A DNA stretch of 36,938 nt from Archaeoglobaceae archaeon (GTDB lineage Archaea > Halobacteriota > Archaeoglobi > Archaeoglobales > Archaeoglobaceae): assembly GCA_038893835.1 (NCBI GenBank), contig JAWAQR010000011.1, positions 1-36,938 on the forward strand, in the 5' to 3' direction. The notes under the pieces are model-generated. The model had not been told where the DNA came from. It made no database searches and saw only the letters and a program-made list of their open reading frames with translations. Within the stretch, counting starts at the first letter, position 1. The number at the start of each line of letters is the position of its first letter. This document shows, one piece after another, positions 1 through 9,880 of this stretch. Position numbers and translations under genes: made by a program.

Positions 1-504
1 GCAAATGATTTTCTCCTCTTCCAATTTGAAATCTTTCGAAACCAATTTTTTCTCAAAATTTGAAACGCAAATAACTGCATTTGCGACTTTGAAAACCTTT
101 TTTGCATATATTTTATAAAATTTAAATAGAAAATTCCTGAAAAAGCTGTGTCCATGTCCATGGTAATGGGGCGTGAAAACGAATATCTTTGGACTTGAAA
201 GCGCAGCATATAAAGCTGGCAAGGCATGGAAGTTGTGCGCATGAATTAAATCGTAATCTTCTGCATGCTTTTTCAAAAATCTTCGAAGCTCATTGGAGAA
301 AAAATATGCGTTGCTGGGAGCATAGGATTTAAATCTATTAACTTTAATGCCTTCAATCTCTTCGAATTTTGCAAGTTTTCCACTTGGATCTGTAGTTAGA
401 ACTTCGACCTCAAAATCCTTCATTCTTTTTGCCAATTCATAAACATGCGTCTCGACTCCACCAATCTCGGGAAAGAAGCGTGGAGTGACGTAGGCAATTT
501 TCAT
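1..504 (-). CDS. GT4-family glycosyltransferase, N-terminal part (runs off window edge)
   Basis: Manual translation from ATG at 504: MKIAYVTPRFFPEIGGVETHVYELAKRMKDFEVEVLTTD...DYDLIHAHNFHALP, a typical GT-B/GT4 N-terminus. Not in the ORF track. Confidence 0.88.
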   Translation of the reverse strand, partial: MKIAYVTPRFFPEIGGVETHVYELAKRMKDFEVEVLTTDPSGKLAKFEEIEGIKVNRFKSYAPSNAYFFSNELRRFLKKHAEDYDLIHAHNFHALPALYAALSSPKIFVFTPHYHGHGHSFFRNFLFKFYKIYAKKVFKVANAVICVSNFEKKLVSKDFKLEEEKIIC

Positions 505-678
505 CTGGGTTAGTCCATACTTAGAATTTAAAGAATTTTGGTATTTGGATTGAGAAGCCCAATTGTAAGGTTCTATTTTTGTAAAAATCTGTATCAGTTA
601 AAATCTATTAGTTTAGAACGTATATAACCAAAAAATTTTTATGCTTATCGATGTCAATCGCAAAGCGGAGGTGGAAAA

Positions 679-2283
679 ATGGAAAGAGTGCAGATGAATT
701 CGGCATACTTGAATGCGATGTCCACGACTGGCACGAGGACAAGAGTTCGTGACGTGAACCCGCAAAGTGGAATGTGCCCAATTTGCGTTAGCGACTGTCC
801 ATTTATCTGCGAAATCGCTCTTTCGACCTTCAGAGCAAATGAAGCTTTGTATCCAGAGCCAAGGTATTTTGGCGAGAGCACAGCTTCTTCGCTAAAAGAC
901 TACGGCTTGGACTGGGCGCACTTCAATTTACTTCCAAGGCTTAGAGGTGCTGAGGGCATTGAGCCAGATCCAGATCTTGCGATTTTCCCCAACGTGAGCG
1001 TTGAGTCGAAGATTGGAAAAACGAAAGTTAAGTTTCCACTTGCAATGGGTGCATATGGCTCGACTGAAGTTGCACGTCGTTACTGGGACGGACTCGCTGT
1101 TGGTGCTGCCTTGGCTGGTTGCATTCTCATAATCGGCGAGAACGTCTGCGGAGTTGATCCAAAGTCGGAATTCAAGGATGGAAAAGTCGTGAGATCGCCA
1201 GAGATGGAAAGAAGAGTTAAGAAGTTCAAGGAGTTCTGGGATGGGAAGTATGGAGACATAGTAGTGCAGGTAAACGTTGAGGACACCCGCTTTGGTGTTT
1301 ACGAATACGTTGTTTCAAAGCTCGAAGTTGATACTGTTGAGATCAAGTGGGGACAAGGAGCGAAGGCAATAGGTGGCGAAATTAGAGTAAGAGACTTACA
1401 AAGGGCAATTGAGCTAAAGAAGAGAGGCTACATTGTTCTGCCCGATCCCGAGGATCCAGTTGTTCAGCAGGCTTTTAAGGATGGTGTAATTGATAGCTTT
1501 GAGAGGCACAGCAGAGTTGGAATGCCAACAGAGAAAAGTCTCATAGATTTCGTTGAAGAGATCCGTGACTTAGGGGCGAAGAGTGTTACGCTAAAAACGG
1601 GTGCTTATCGTCCAGAAGATGTTGCATGGCAGATGAAGGCTGCAAGTGAGGCGGAAGTGGATTACATAACCTTCGATGGTGCAGGCGGTGGAACTGGAAT
1701 GAGTCCAGTGCCAATGATGAATGAGATGGGAATTCCTACAGTTTACCTCGAAGCTCTCGTACTCAAGGCTGCGAGAAAGCTGAAGGAAAAGGGGAGATAT
1801 GTACCTGACATAAGCATAGCTGGTGGCTTTATCAATGAAACCCAGATCCTTAAAGCCATAGCGATGAGCAACTTCGGAGATGGGCCAATGGTGAAGACAG
1901 TTACAACTGGAAGAGCGCCATTGACTGCGGTTATGAAGTCTGAATATTTCGTAAAGCTTGCAAAGGAGGGCAAGTTGCCGAAGAGCTTTACAGAAGTTTA
2001 CGGCGACAAGCCAGATAAGTTCTTTGCCCTTGCAAGTGAATTCAAGGCTAAATTTGGTGAAAAGGTTGGCAACGCAATTCCATGGAGTGCAGTAGGACTT
2101 TACAGCTATGTATACAGAATGAGCGTTGGTATGAAGCAGTTACTCGCTGGAATGAGAAAATTCAGGCTTGAACTTGTAAGCAGAGAAGATCTTGCAGCTT
2201 TGTCGCCGTTGGCAAGTGAAGTGACTGGAATTCCAATGATTCACAAGGTCGATGAGCAGATCTTTGATAGCATTTTGGGTTAA
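679..2283 (+). CDS. FMN-binding glutamate synthase family protein (stand-alone FMN domain, N-terminal Cys cluster)
   Basis: Motifs EIKWGQGAKAIGGE, DGAGGGTGMSP, IAGG; N-terminal CxxCxxxCxxxC; GGAGGTGG RBS. Confidence 0.85.
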   Translation: MERVQMNSAYLNAMSTTGTRTRVRDVNPQSGMCPICVSDCPFICEIALSTFRANEALYPEPRYFGESTASSLKDYGLDWAHFNLLPRLRGAEGIEPDPDLAIFPNVSVESKIGKTKVKFPLAMGAYGSTEVARRYWDGLAVGAALAGCILIIGENVCGVDPKSEFKDGKVVRSPEMERRVKKFKEFWDGKYGDIVVQVNVEDTRFGVYEYVVSKLEVDTVEIKWGQGAKAIGGEIRVRDLQRAIELKKRGYIVLPDPEDPVVQQAFKDGVIDSFERHSRVGMPTEKSLIDFVEEIRDLGAKSVTLKTGAYRPEDVAWQMKAASEAEVDYITFDGAGGGTGMSPVPMMNEMGIPTVYLEALVLKAARKLKEKGRYVPDISIAGGFINETQILKAIAMSNFGDGPMVKTVTTGRAPLTAVMKSEYFVKLAKEGKLPKSFTEVYGDKPDKFFALASEFKAKFGEKVGNAIPWSAVGLYSYVYRMSVGMKQLLAGMRKFRLELVSREDLAALSPLASEVTGIPMIHKVDEQIFDSILG

Positions 2284-2308
2284 TTTTTCTTTTAAATTTT
2301 AATTTTTT
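2284..2308 (+). terminator. Oligo-T archaeal terminator
   Basis: TTTTTCTTTTAAATTTTAATTTTTT directly after the stop codon. Confidence 0.5.
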
Positions 2309-2418
2309 GCTTATGAAAATTTACACAGAAGAAAAGGATGAATCAAGATAGTTAACTTTAACTAAAAAATTATGGGCTGATTTGAGAAAAGCGATAAATA
2401 CAGCGATCATTTTTCTTT

Positions 2419-3702
2419 GTGGACTTCAATCTTATCAACTCATGGAAATTCTGGTCAGGACTGATCACCTTAATCTTCCTAGTCGTTGGATTAATCGTCA
2501 GAAGCAAGAGACCTTGGATCCCTATCTGGTGCATCATGGCCTTTTCTTCTTTTATGGTCATATTCTCTGGCTTAGTTGGCTTTGATGAAATCGACAGAAT
2601 TGTTAACATGGACGTAATATTTTTCCTCATCGGAATGTTCAGCCTCGTTGGACTTGCAGATTCATCTGGATTGCTAAATGTCATCTCCATGCGATTTATC
2701 TCTCTTTTCAAGAGTAGATTCGCTTTGATTTATGCATCATCTTTTCTCTTTGGAATTCTATCAGCCTTTGCTGTCAACGATACAGTAGCGTTGGTGGGTC
2801 CTTTAATAGCTTATACGATATCGAAAGTTGCAAGAATTGAACCAAAGCTTATGTTCTTACTTCTTGCCTTCTCTTTAACCATAGGCTCCGTTATGACTCC
2901 AATTGGTAATCCTCAGAACATTTTAATATCTGTGGAATCTGGAATTGATGCTCCATTCATAAACTTCATCGCAAAGCTCGCTATACCAACTTTTATCAAT
3001 CTTTTGATAACACCCTACTTTTTAATAAAGATCTTCAAGATTGAAAATGAAAATCTGTTCTTAAAGTCTAAAGAATCGCTGAGCAATGGTCGCGACTCAA
3101 TTTTGGCGATGGTTGGAATATTTTTAACAGTTTTGGCCTTGATTGTTAACGATTTGATTCAATTCTACGGTGGGCCACATATAACTCACAGAGGAGTGAT
3201 ACCATTCGTAATAGCTGCAGGAATTTTCATGCTGACGAGCAATCCAAGAAAAATGCTCGCTGGAGTAGATTGGGGTACTATAATTTTCTTCATAACCATG
3301 TTTATAACAATGGAAGGTGTTTGGAGAAGCGGAGTTCTTCAGCCAGTTCTTTGCTTTATAATATCTTCGAAAGAAGATGGAATAATCGGTATCTTGAAAA
3401 TAACTTTTGCCTCACTTTTCCTAAGCCAGTTTTTGAGCAACGTTCCATTTGTAAAGCTCTTCATAAATTACATGAAGGACATAGGCTATACCCCTCAAGA
3501 CGTCGATGCTTGGCTAGCTCTTGCAATGGCTTCAACAATAGCCGGAAATCTAACGCTGCTGGGAGCTGCATCGAACATAATTGTGCTTGAAACTCTCGAA
3601 TCTAGGATGAAGATGACGATAACTTTTTTTGAGTTTATGAAATATGGCACTATAATTACTTTTGTGAATTGTCTTGTTTATTTGGTATTTTTTATTATTT
3701 AA
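2419..3702 (+). CDS. ArsB/NhaD (IT superfamily, SLC13-like) anion permease
   Basis: About 11-12 TM segments; motifs SAFAVNDT, TPIGNPQN, SNVPFV, AGNLTLLGAASNIIV. Confidence 0.85.
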   Translation: MDFNLINSWKFWSGLITLIFLVVGLIVRSKRPWIPIWCIMAFSSFMVIFSGLVGFDEIDRIVNMDVIFFLIGMFSLVGLADSSGLLNVISMRFISLFKSRFALIYASSFLFGILSAFAVNDTVALVGPLIAYTISKVARIEPKLMFLLLAFSLTIGSVMTPIGNPQNILISVESGIDAPFINFIAKLAIPTFINLLITPYFLIKIFKIENENLFLKSKESLSNGRDSILAMVGIFLTVLALIVNDLIQFYGGPHITHRGVIPFVIAAGIFMLTSNPRKMLAGVDWGTIIFFITMFITMEGVWRSGVLQPVLCFIISSKEDGIIGILKITFASLFLSQFLSNVPFVKLFINYMKDIGYTPQDVDAWLALAMASTIAGNLTLLGAASNIIVLETLESRMKMTITFFEFMKYGTIITFVNCLVYLVFFII

Positions 3703-3810
3703 TAATTTTTTAATAGAAGAATACAATTTTAAAACTTAAAGCCAGATTTCTGCTAGTCAGCTGAAGTTCTGAAAATTAAATTTTTTAAACTTTTTCCGTA
3801 ACGAATTGAT

Positions 3811-5151
3811 ATGAAAACTATAATCCTCGCAGGTGGTAAAGGTACTCGACTCTGGCCTTTGAGTAGAGAATCCATGCCGAAACAATTTCTCAGAATTTTT
3901 GGCGAATCCCTTTTTCAGAATGCCGTTAGGAGAGCGATGATTTTCTCCAAAATAAAGGAGATATTCATTGTGACAAATAAGGAATATCGCTTTCGAATTC
4001 TTGATGATCTTGAAGATCTTGGAATCGAAGTTCCCGAAGAAAACATAATACTGGAACCAGAGGCAAAGGGTACTCTTCCTGCAATATGCTTGGCTATGAA
4101 ATTTGCTGGAAATGGTAAATTTGCAATTTTACCTTCAGATCATCTGATTTCTGTTAACGAGGATTACGTTAAAGCTTTCAAAATTGCTGAAAAACTGAGC
4201 GATGAATTTTTAGTCATTTTTGGAATAAAGCCAAAAAGAGCCCATACTGGCTATGGCTACATTAGAGCTGGGGAGCAGATTGAGGGGGGCTTTAAAGTGG
4301 AGGAGTTCAAGGAAAAACCCAGCATTTCTTTGGCAGAGGAATTCGTTAAGAAAGGCTACTACTGGAACAGTGGAATGTTTCTTTTTGACAGCAGGGTATT
4401 TTTCGAAGAAGTTAAAAGGCATCGAAGTGAAATGGTGAAGGTATTTGAAAAAGGGGTGGAAGCTTATGGAGAAATTTCTGAGATATCTGTGGATCATGGA
4501 ATCATTGAAAAATCTGAAAGAGTTGCAATGGTTCCTTTGAATGTTGAATGGAACGATGTTGGAAATTTTGACGCAATTTACGAAGTCATGCCAAAAAATC
4601 CGGATGAGAATGTTAGCGTTGGTGAAGTCTTAAGCTTTAATTCGAAAAGAAATTTGATAATCGCTAATAGGTTAACGACGGTTTTGGATGTTGAAGACAT
4701 GATAATCGTCGACACGGATGATGCTCTGTTAATCGTGAAGAGAGGGAGTTCGGAAAAAATCAGGGAAATTTACAAAATGCTGAAAGAAAAGAAGGATAAG
4801 AGAGTTGAGATTCATAGAACAGCTTATAGACCTTGGGGAAGTTATACCTTGCTTGAGGAGGATGGATATAAGATAAAGAGGATAATGGTTAAACCGGGGA
4901 AAAGATTGAGTTTGCAAAGGCATTATCATAGAAGTGAGCACTGGATAGTGGTTAAAGGGACTGCAAGAATATACGTTGATGGTAGAGAAATATTGCTGAG
5001 ATCTGGTGAGAGTACATTTGTTCCAGCGGGCGCTTTGCATAGAATTGAAAATCCTGGAAAGATACCTCTTGAAATAATAGAGGTTCAAATCGGCGAATAT
5101 CTTGAGGAGGACGATATAGAAAGAATAGAGGACGATTATGGCAGATCTTGA
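3811..5151 (+). CDS. manC: Mannose-1-phosphate guanylyltransferase / mannose-6-phosphate isomerase
   Basis: ILAGGKGTRLWPLSR, PKQF, WNSGMF, C-terminal cupin RPWG...SLQRHYHRSEHW. Confidence 0.95.
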   Translation: MKTIILAGGKGTRLWPLSRESMPKQFLRIFGESLFQNAVRRAMIFSKIKEIFIVTNKEYRFRILDDLEDLGIEVPEENIILEPEAKGTLPAICLAMKFAGNGKFAILPSDHLISVNEDYVKAFKIAEKLSDEFLVIFGIKPKRAHTGYGYIRAGEQIEGGFKVEEFKEKPSISLAEEFVKKGYYWNSGMFLFDSRVFFEEVKRHRSEMVKVFEKGVEAYGEISEISVDHGIIEKSERVAMVPLNVEWNDVGNFDAIYEVMPKNPDENVSVGEVLSFNSKRNLIIANRLTTVLDVEDMIIVDTDDALLIVKRGSSEKIREIYKMLKEKKDKRVEIHRTAYRPWGSYTLLEEDGYKIKRIMVKPGKRLSLQRHYHRSEHWIVVKGTARIYVDGREILLRSGESTFVPAGALHRIENPGKIPLEIIEVQIGEYLEEDDIERIEDDYGRS

Positions 5152-5283
5152 TTACTACATCGCTTTCACCAGCTATTATGATCAGTATTCCAAAGATTAG
5201 GATTGCTTTATATAAACGACAAGTTTCGTCAAAGCTTGCTAAAACTATCCTTAGCCATATAAAATTTCGGAGGTTATCGTAAA

Positions 5284-5697
5284 TTAATGACCCGTAGTTA
5301 TCAATCCGCTCGCTGCAAGTAAGAGTACTATGATCTCAGCAATCGTAATCATCGCGAATATCCAGTCCTTTTTTGTTATGAAAACTGGAAGTATAGCGAT
5401 GTAGCAGATTATTGTTAGAAAAGCGAGCGCAGCGATAAATAGCAAGTTCATGAAATCGGCATAATTGATCAGCTTCAGCCATCCCCAGCCTGTTGGAATT
5501 CCTGTTTCCTCAACGAACTTATGATGCTTCTCTCCCCAGAGTTCTGTGATTCTTTGGAAATCTAAATAAGATGGCATAAATCCGGTGGTGTAGATGAGGA
5601 AAAGCGCAGTCAGGATTATTATTGAAATTACGCTTCCGTAATACAGAATTTCACTATAGATGATCTGCTCTTTTGGAACGTCTATCTTCATATTCAC
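5284..5697 (-). CDS. DUF1634-like membrane protein (TauE partner)
   Basis: Three TM segments, PTGWGW motif, C-terminal LAASG..GH; 4-bp overlap with the upstream TauE gene. Confidence 0.7.
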   Translation of the reverse strand: MNMKIDVPKEQIIYSEILYYGSVISIIILTALFLIYTTGFMPSYLDFQRITELWGEKHHKFVEETGIPTGWGWLKLINYADFMNLLFIAALAFLTIICYIAILPVFITKKDWIFAMITIAEIIVLLLAASGLITTGH

Positions 5698-6548
5698 ACC
5701 CAGATTCCCAAGCCTTTCAACAGGCTCCTAACTCCAGCAAATGCTAGGATTGCGACGACTATTATCCTTACAACTCTCGGATTTGCTTTTGCCAACAATT
5801 TAACACCAAAAAAGCTGCCTAGCATGATTCCGAGCACGGATGGGATCGTTATTAAGGGTATTACACTTCCCGAGTTCAGATAAACGAAGGCTGCAGAGGT
5901 ATCTGTAATGGATAGCAAAAACTTGCTCGTGCCAGCTGCTATCTTCAGCGGGCACCCCATCACAAGGTTTAAGACGGGAACATTTGCCCATCCTGCTCCT
6001 AGTCCAAACATACCGGCTATTATCCCTATTAGGGCAAAGAGAAAAAGAGATGGTAGAGTTCTATGAACTTTCCATTCCACAGTTGTTTTGCTGGACTCTT
6101 CGTAGTAAATTCCGTAGATTTTAAGAATTTGCGAAATTCTATCAGGTTTTGGAACCTCCGGGAATTCCGCTCTTTTTGCCCTAATCATCAATATGGTTAT
6201 GAAGATGATCACAATACCGAGCAGCACTTGTACAATCCAAGTGGGTAAAGCTAGGCCAATTAGTGCTCCGGCGATGGAGCTAGTTGATGAAATCAATGCT
6301 AGGGGCATTGCTAGGCGTAGATTTGCAAGTCCACGTTTTAAAAGTCCTGGTCCAGCTGCTAAAGATCCAGTTAAAGCTACAAAAAGTCCTGCTCCCCTTA
6401 CAAAGTCCAGATTGAATGGGAAAAAGCTGCCAACTATTGGAGTGAACAAAACTCCACCGCCAACACCGCCCATTACTGCAAGTATGCCGAGTAGGAAAGT
6501 GAAGATGAAGAGAAGCAGTACCCAAAACCACCAAGCATGTTCGAGCAT
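5694..6548 (-). CDS. TauE/SafE (DUF81) family membrane transporter
   Basis: Repeated glycine motifs GGVGGGVLFTP and GMFGLGAGWANVP; hydrophobic throughout. Confidence 0.9.
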   Translation of the reverse strand: MLEHAWWFWVLLLFIFTFLLGILAVMGGVGGGVLFTPIVGSFFPFNLDFVRGAGLFVALTGSLAAGPGLLKRGLANLRLAMPLALISSTSSIAGALIGLALPTWIVQVLLGIVIIFITILMIRAKRAEFPEVPKPDRISQILKIYGIYYEESSKTTVEWKVHRTLPSLFLFALIGIIAGMFGLGAGWANVPVLNLVMGCPLKIAAGTSKFLLSITDTSAAFVYLNSGSVIPLITIPSVLGIMLGSFFGVKLLAKANPRVVRIIVVAILAFAGVRSLLKGLGIWV

Positions 6549-6565
6549 AAGTAAATTTGAATTCA

Positions 6566-6608
6566 GTTATATATAAACTTTACTAAAAAATATGTAATGA
6601 TATTACAT
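6566..6608 (-). promoter_or_regulatory. BRE/TATA promoter of tauE with adjacent palindrome ATGTAAT-N3-ATTACAT
   Basis: Minus strand GTAAAG-TTTATATA about 25 bp before the ATG; perfect 7-bp inverted repeat at 6592-6608. Confidence 0.6.
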
Positions 6609-6681
6609 TTTTAATGTTGATTCATATATTTTCTTATTGATTCTTGGCCGATATGAGAATCTTTTTAATGAAAATTCTAAA

Positions 6682-7221
6682 TCATAGAAGCTTTATCATG
6701 ACTTTTCTCAAACCTTCGCTTATCTCCGCTTTCAGACTCATTGACTTTAAAAGACCCTCTAGAAATTTTTTGATCAATTTAACCTCACTTCTTGCAGTTA
6801 AAACAAGGCTATAGGTGCTATCAGAAATCATTTTTACCTTAAACCAGTTCGTAGTTTCTAAAAATTTTAAAACGCTGCGTAAATCCTTCAATCCCATTTC
6901 TTTAAACTGTAAACCATATTCGGAACCAACTTTTTCTACTATTTCCCAAAAAGAATCGCTAGCCTTTTCATTTATTTCATCCATGATTGCAATCCAAAGT
7001 CCAATATCCACTGCTACATGTTCCCGGCTTGCAATCAATTCTATAAATCTATCAAAATCCACAATAATCGCTTCTCTCTGATTCAGTTCATAATAGCTTG
7101 AAATGGCAGATCGAACTATTTCTGATAAGCTTCTATTATCCTTTCTCGCGAGTTGTTCGAGTTTTGCAATTGTGTCATCATCAAGTGAGACAGTGAGTCT
7201 CTTCATTTTGCCTATTTCCAT
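6682..7221 (-). CDS. Ribbon-helix-helix (CopG-like) regulator with C-terminal putative ligand-binding domain
   Basis: KRLTVSLDD...LEQLARKDNRSLSEIVRSAI is an RHH motif, followed by a ~130 aa C-terminal domain. Confidence 0.85.
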   Translation of the reverse strand: MEIGKMKRLTVSLDDDTIAKLEQLARKDNRSLSEIVRSAISSYYELNQREAIIVDFDRFIELIASREHVAVDIGLWIAIMDEINEKASDSFWEIVEKVGSEYGLQFKEMGLKDLRSVLKFLETTNWFKVKMISDSTYSLVLTARSEVKLIKKFLEGLLKSMSLKAEISEGLRKVMIKLL

Positions 7222-7274
7222 GGAAAATAGTAAGCTTATAAAATTAAAATCTTTTTACAAATCAGGATGATTAT

Positions 7275-7315
7275 CAAATAGTAATTATTAATCTATTTGG
7301 AAAAAAATATATACT
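7275..7315 (+). promoter_or_regulatory. Inverted repeat CAAATAG-N11-CTATTTG abutting the BRE/TATA of the large tauE operon
   Basis: Inverted repeat at 7275-7299 followed by GAAAAAAATATATAC. Confidence 0.5.
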
Positions 7316-7356
7316 TCTTTTCATATACATTCATATGTAGTAGGAGTTGATGAGAT

Positions 7357-8652
7357 ATGATAGTCAAACTAAAAAAAATTTATGAGCCGATGAGGAAAGC
7401 TTATGATGCAGCACTTGTTGGAGCACAGGCCTATGCAAAATGGGAATACGAGACCTCGATGCGCATTATAAACGACAGACGAAGATATGCAGTGGTTTTT
7501 CTCCTAGCTTTGATGCCAATAATTCTCCTAACTGCTTCAGCAGAAACATTGCCAAAGACTTTGGGTGGGAAAGAGGCTTATGCGCCAGTGCATTCAACTT
7601 TTGAAATGCTCGCTATGAGCATTTTCATCGGCTTCATCGCTGGGCTTGTCACTGGATGTATAGGTGTTGGAGGTGGCTTCATAATAACTCCTGCACTTAT
7701 GAGCGTTGGAGTTAAGGGGATTCTAGCTGTTGGAACTGATCAGTTCCACATATTCACGAAAAGCATTATGGGAACAGTAGTTCACAAAAAGCTTGGAAAC
7801 GTATGCGTTCCACTGGCTTTGGCCTTTGTTGTTGGAACCGTAACCGGGGCAACGGTTGGGGGAACGATAAATAGGACGATCTACTACGCAAACCCAATAT
7901 TGAGTGACATTTTCATAAACATCGTTTACGTTGTAATTCTCGGCTTCCTTGGCTTCTTTGCGTTGGGTGATTATCTGAGATTGAGGAAAAAGGCTGCAAG
8001 CTTTGATGGAGGTAAAGTAACTCAATTCAATGGTGGAGAAACTACAGTTGGCATGACTAAGCTTGCGATGAAGGTTCAGTCGATAAATCTGCCTCCAATG
8101 ATAACTTTTGACCAAGACTTTGGTGGTAGAAGAGTCTCTGCTTGGTTTGTAATATTCTTTGGCTTTATAGTTGGATTGGTGGCAGCTATAATGGGTGTGG
8201 GAGGAGGATTCCTGACTTTCCCAATCTTCATATACGTTCTCGGAGTCTCATCGTTTACGACAGTTGGAACTGATATATTTCAGATAATAATAACCACTGG
8301 ATACTCATCCATAGTTCAGTATGCAATCTACGGCTTCGTTTTCTACACATTAGCAATGGGTTTGTTACTCGGATCTCTTATAGGAATTCAGATAGGTTCT
8401 CTGGTTACAAAAGTTGTAAAAGGCATGCATATTCGTGGCTTCTTTGCAACAGTGATTCTTGCAGGCTTTATTAACCGCCTTTTCGCCTTACCTTCGAGGT
8501 TAAACGCTATTGGCTGGGTGAACATCGATAAGGATCTGGTGGCCATAATAGAGCTGATCGGACTGATAGCTTTCTTTGCAATAGTGATCGTCTTTGCACT
8601 CTGGGTTTTCAGCAAGTTTATAACAAATCTGGACAGGCTTAGGGAGGTGTGA
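7357..8652 (+). CDS. Large TauE/SafE family membrane protein with N-terminal extension
   Basis: GCIGVGGGFIITPAL and IMGVGGGFLTFP repeats; AVGTD and TVGTD motifs. Confidence 0.9.
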   Translation: MIVKLKKIYEPMRKAYDAALVGAQAYAKWEYETSMRIINDRRRYAVVFLLALMPIILLTASAETLPKTLGGKEAYAPVHSTFEMLAMSIFIGFIAGLVTGCIGVGGGFIITPALMSVGVKGILAVGTDQFHIFTKSIMGTVVHKKLGNVCVPLALAFVVGTVTGATVGGTINRTIYYANPILSDIFINIVYVVILGFLGFFALGDYLRLRKKAASFDGGKVTQFNGGETTVGMTKLAMKVQSINLPPMITFDQDFGGRRVSAWFVIFFGFIVGLVAAIMGVGGGFLTFPIFIYVLGVSSFTTVGTDIFQIIITTGYSSIVQYAIYGFVFYTLAMGLLLGSLIGIQIGSLVTKVVKGMHIRGFFATVILAGFINRLFALPSRLNAIGWVNIDKDLVAIIELIGLIAFFAIVIVFALWVFSKFITNLDRLREV

Positions 8653-8655
8653 GAA

Positions 8656-9321
8656 ATGAGGAAACAGTTAATTTTTGGAATTTTACTAACCATAAGCTTT
8701 TTCGGAGTCCTCGGTCTGATGGTAAGTCCGATATTTGATGGAAAGAACTTCATAGCCTATGCTGATGAACAGTTCGATTCCTATTCCAAGTACTCCTCAT
8801 ACTTTATCCCAGAAATAGGACGTGTGGCTGAAAATTTCGCTTCTCCTATTAAAATAGAAATCAAAGGTTCTGATAAAATTGCAAAACTCTTCGGAGATTA
8901 CGCTGAAGTTGCTGGTGATAAAGTCATCATAAATGCTAGACTCAACGAAATCGTTTACCTAGCTTTACAGGACGCGGAAAGGGGGTATTATAACGATGAA
9001 AAGTACTTCCAAGAAAAGTATGGCATGAGCCCCAAAGAAGCACTTTACCTTTGGCACACTTCTTTAACCGCCATTTCAAAGGAATTGGAGAAGGCAAATA
9101 GATTTGAGGAGTCGATCTTCATCAAGACACAAGTATTAATGAGAGCTATCGAACCTGCCTATAACTTCTATGGCTATGAAGCGAAGCCAATAGACATCAT
9201 TGGTGTCAGTTTGTTGGTTTTCTATGTGATTTACACGCTTTGGTGGGGTTTTGCGATTTACTTCCTGTTTGAGGGTGTTGGGATTAGGGTTACAAAAGCT
9301 AAAAGTAAGAAGGAGGTGTGA
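8656..9321 (+). CDS. Conserved membrane protein (N- and C-terminal TM, extracytoplasmic middle), partner of the large TauE
   Basis: GGAGGTG RBS; motifs SKYSSYFIP, EPAYNFYG, YVIYTLWWGFAIYFLFEGVG. Confidence 0.75.
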   Translation: MRKQLIFGILLTISFFGVLGLMVSPIFDGKNFIAYADEQFDSYSKYSSYFIPEIGRVAENFASPIKIEIKGSDKIAKLFGDYAEVAGDKVIINARLNEIVYLALQDAERGYYNDEKYFQEKYGMSPKEALYLWHTSLTAISKELEKANRFEESIFIKTQVLMRAIEPAYNFYGYEAKPIDIIGVSLLVFYVIYTLWWGFAIYFLFEGVGIRVTKAKSKKEV

Positions 9322-9324
9322 GTT

Positions 9325-9849
9325 ATGGAGGAGTTTGTTTGGAAAGTTTTGCTAATAATCGATGATACGGAGCTAGCTGAAAAAGCTACTGAATGTGCTA
9401 TAGATCTCAACCTCTCAGGCTTAAAATCAAAGATGTATGTTTTCTATATAAAGGATGAAGAACCGATTGCGATCCCATCGGAAGAAGTAGAGAGGAGAAA
9501 ATATGCGCCCATGATTGCTAAGGCGGAGAAAAAATTAATTGAAACTGCGGAAAAATTAAAGAGAGCAGGAATTGATCATGAGATTTTGGGCTATTACATA
9601 GGGATAGCTGATGAGGAAGTGAAAAGGTTAGAAAAAAGTTTTGAGCCAGATCTGATAATATATGGTGCTGAGAGAAAGAGTGGAATTAAGAAACTGTTAA
9701 AAGGTAGTTGTGATGAGAGAATAATATTTGAAACAAACGCTCCAGTAATAGTTGTAAAGTCCAAGTATACTCCAAAGATCAAGGAGTTGATCAAAGAAGT
9801 TCCGCTATTGGAAATCAACGAGAAAGGCAGGCTGAGCGTAGAAGTGTAA
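9325..9849 (+). CDS. Universal stress protein (UspA family)
   Basis: DLIIYGAE..SGIKKLLKGSCDERIIFETNAPVIVVK matches the USP C-terminal signature. Confidence 0.85.
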   Translation: MEEFVWKVLLIIDDTELAEKATECAIDLNLSGLKSKMYVFYIKDEEPIAIPSEEVERRKYAPMIAKAEKKLIETAEKLKRAGIDHEILGYYIGIADEEVKRLEKSFEPDLIIYGAERKSGIKKLLKGSCDERIIFETNAPVIVVKSKYTPKIKELIKEVPLLEINEKGRLSVEV

Positions 9850-9880
9850 AGTTTTTAAACTCTTATTTTTTTATTTTCTT

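Noticed and set aside
5152-5283. Intergenic segment with a hydrophobic minus-strand peptide and TATA-like motifs
   Set aside because: No credible start or family; could be a remnant but is unsupported.
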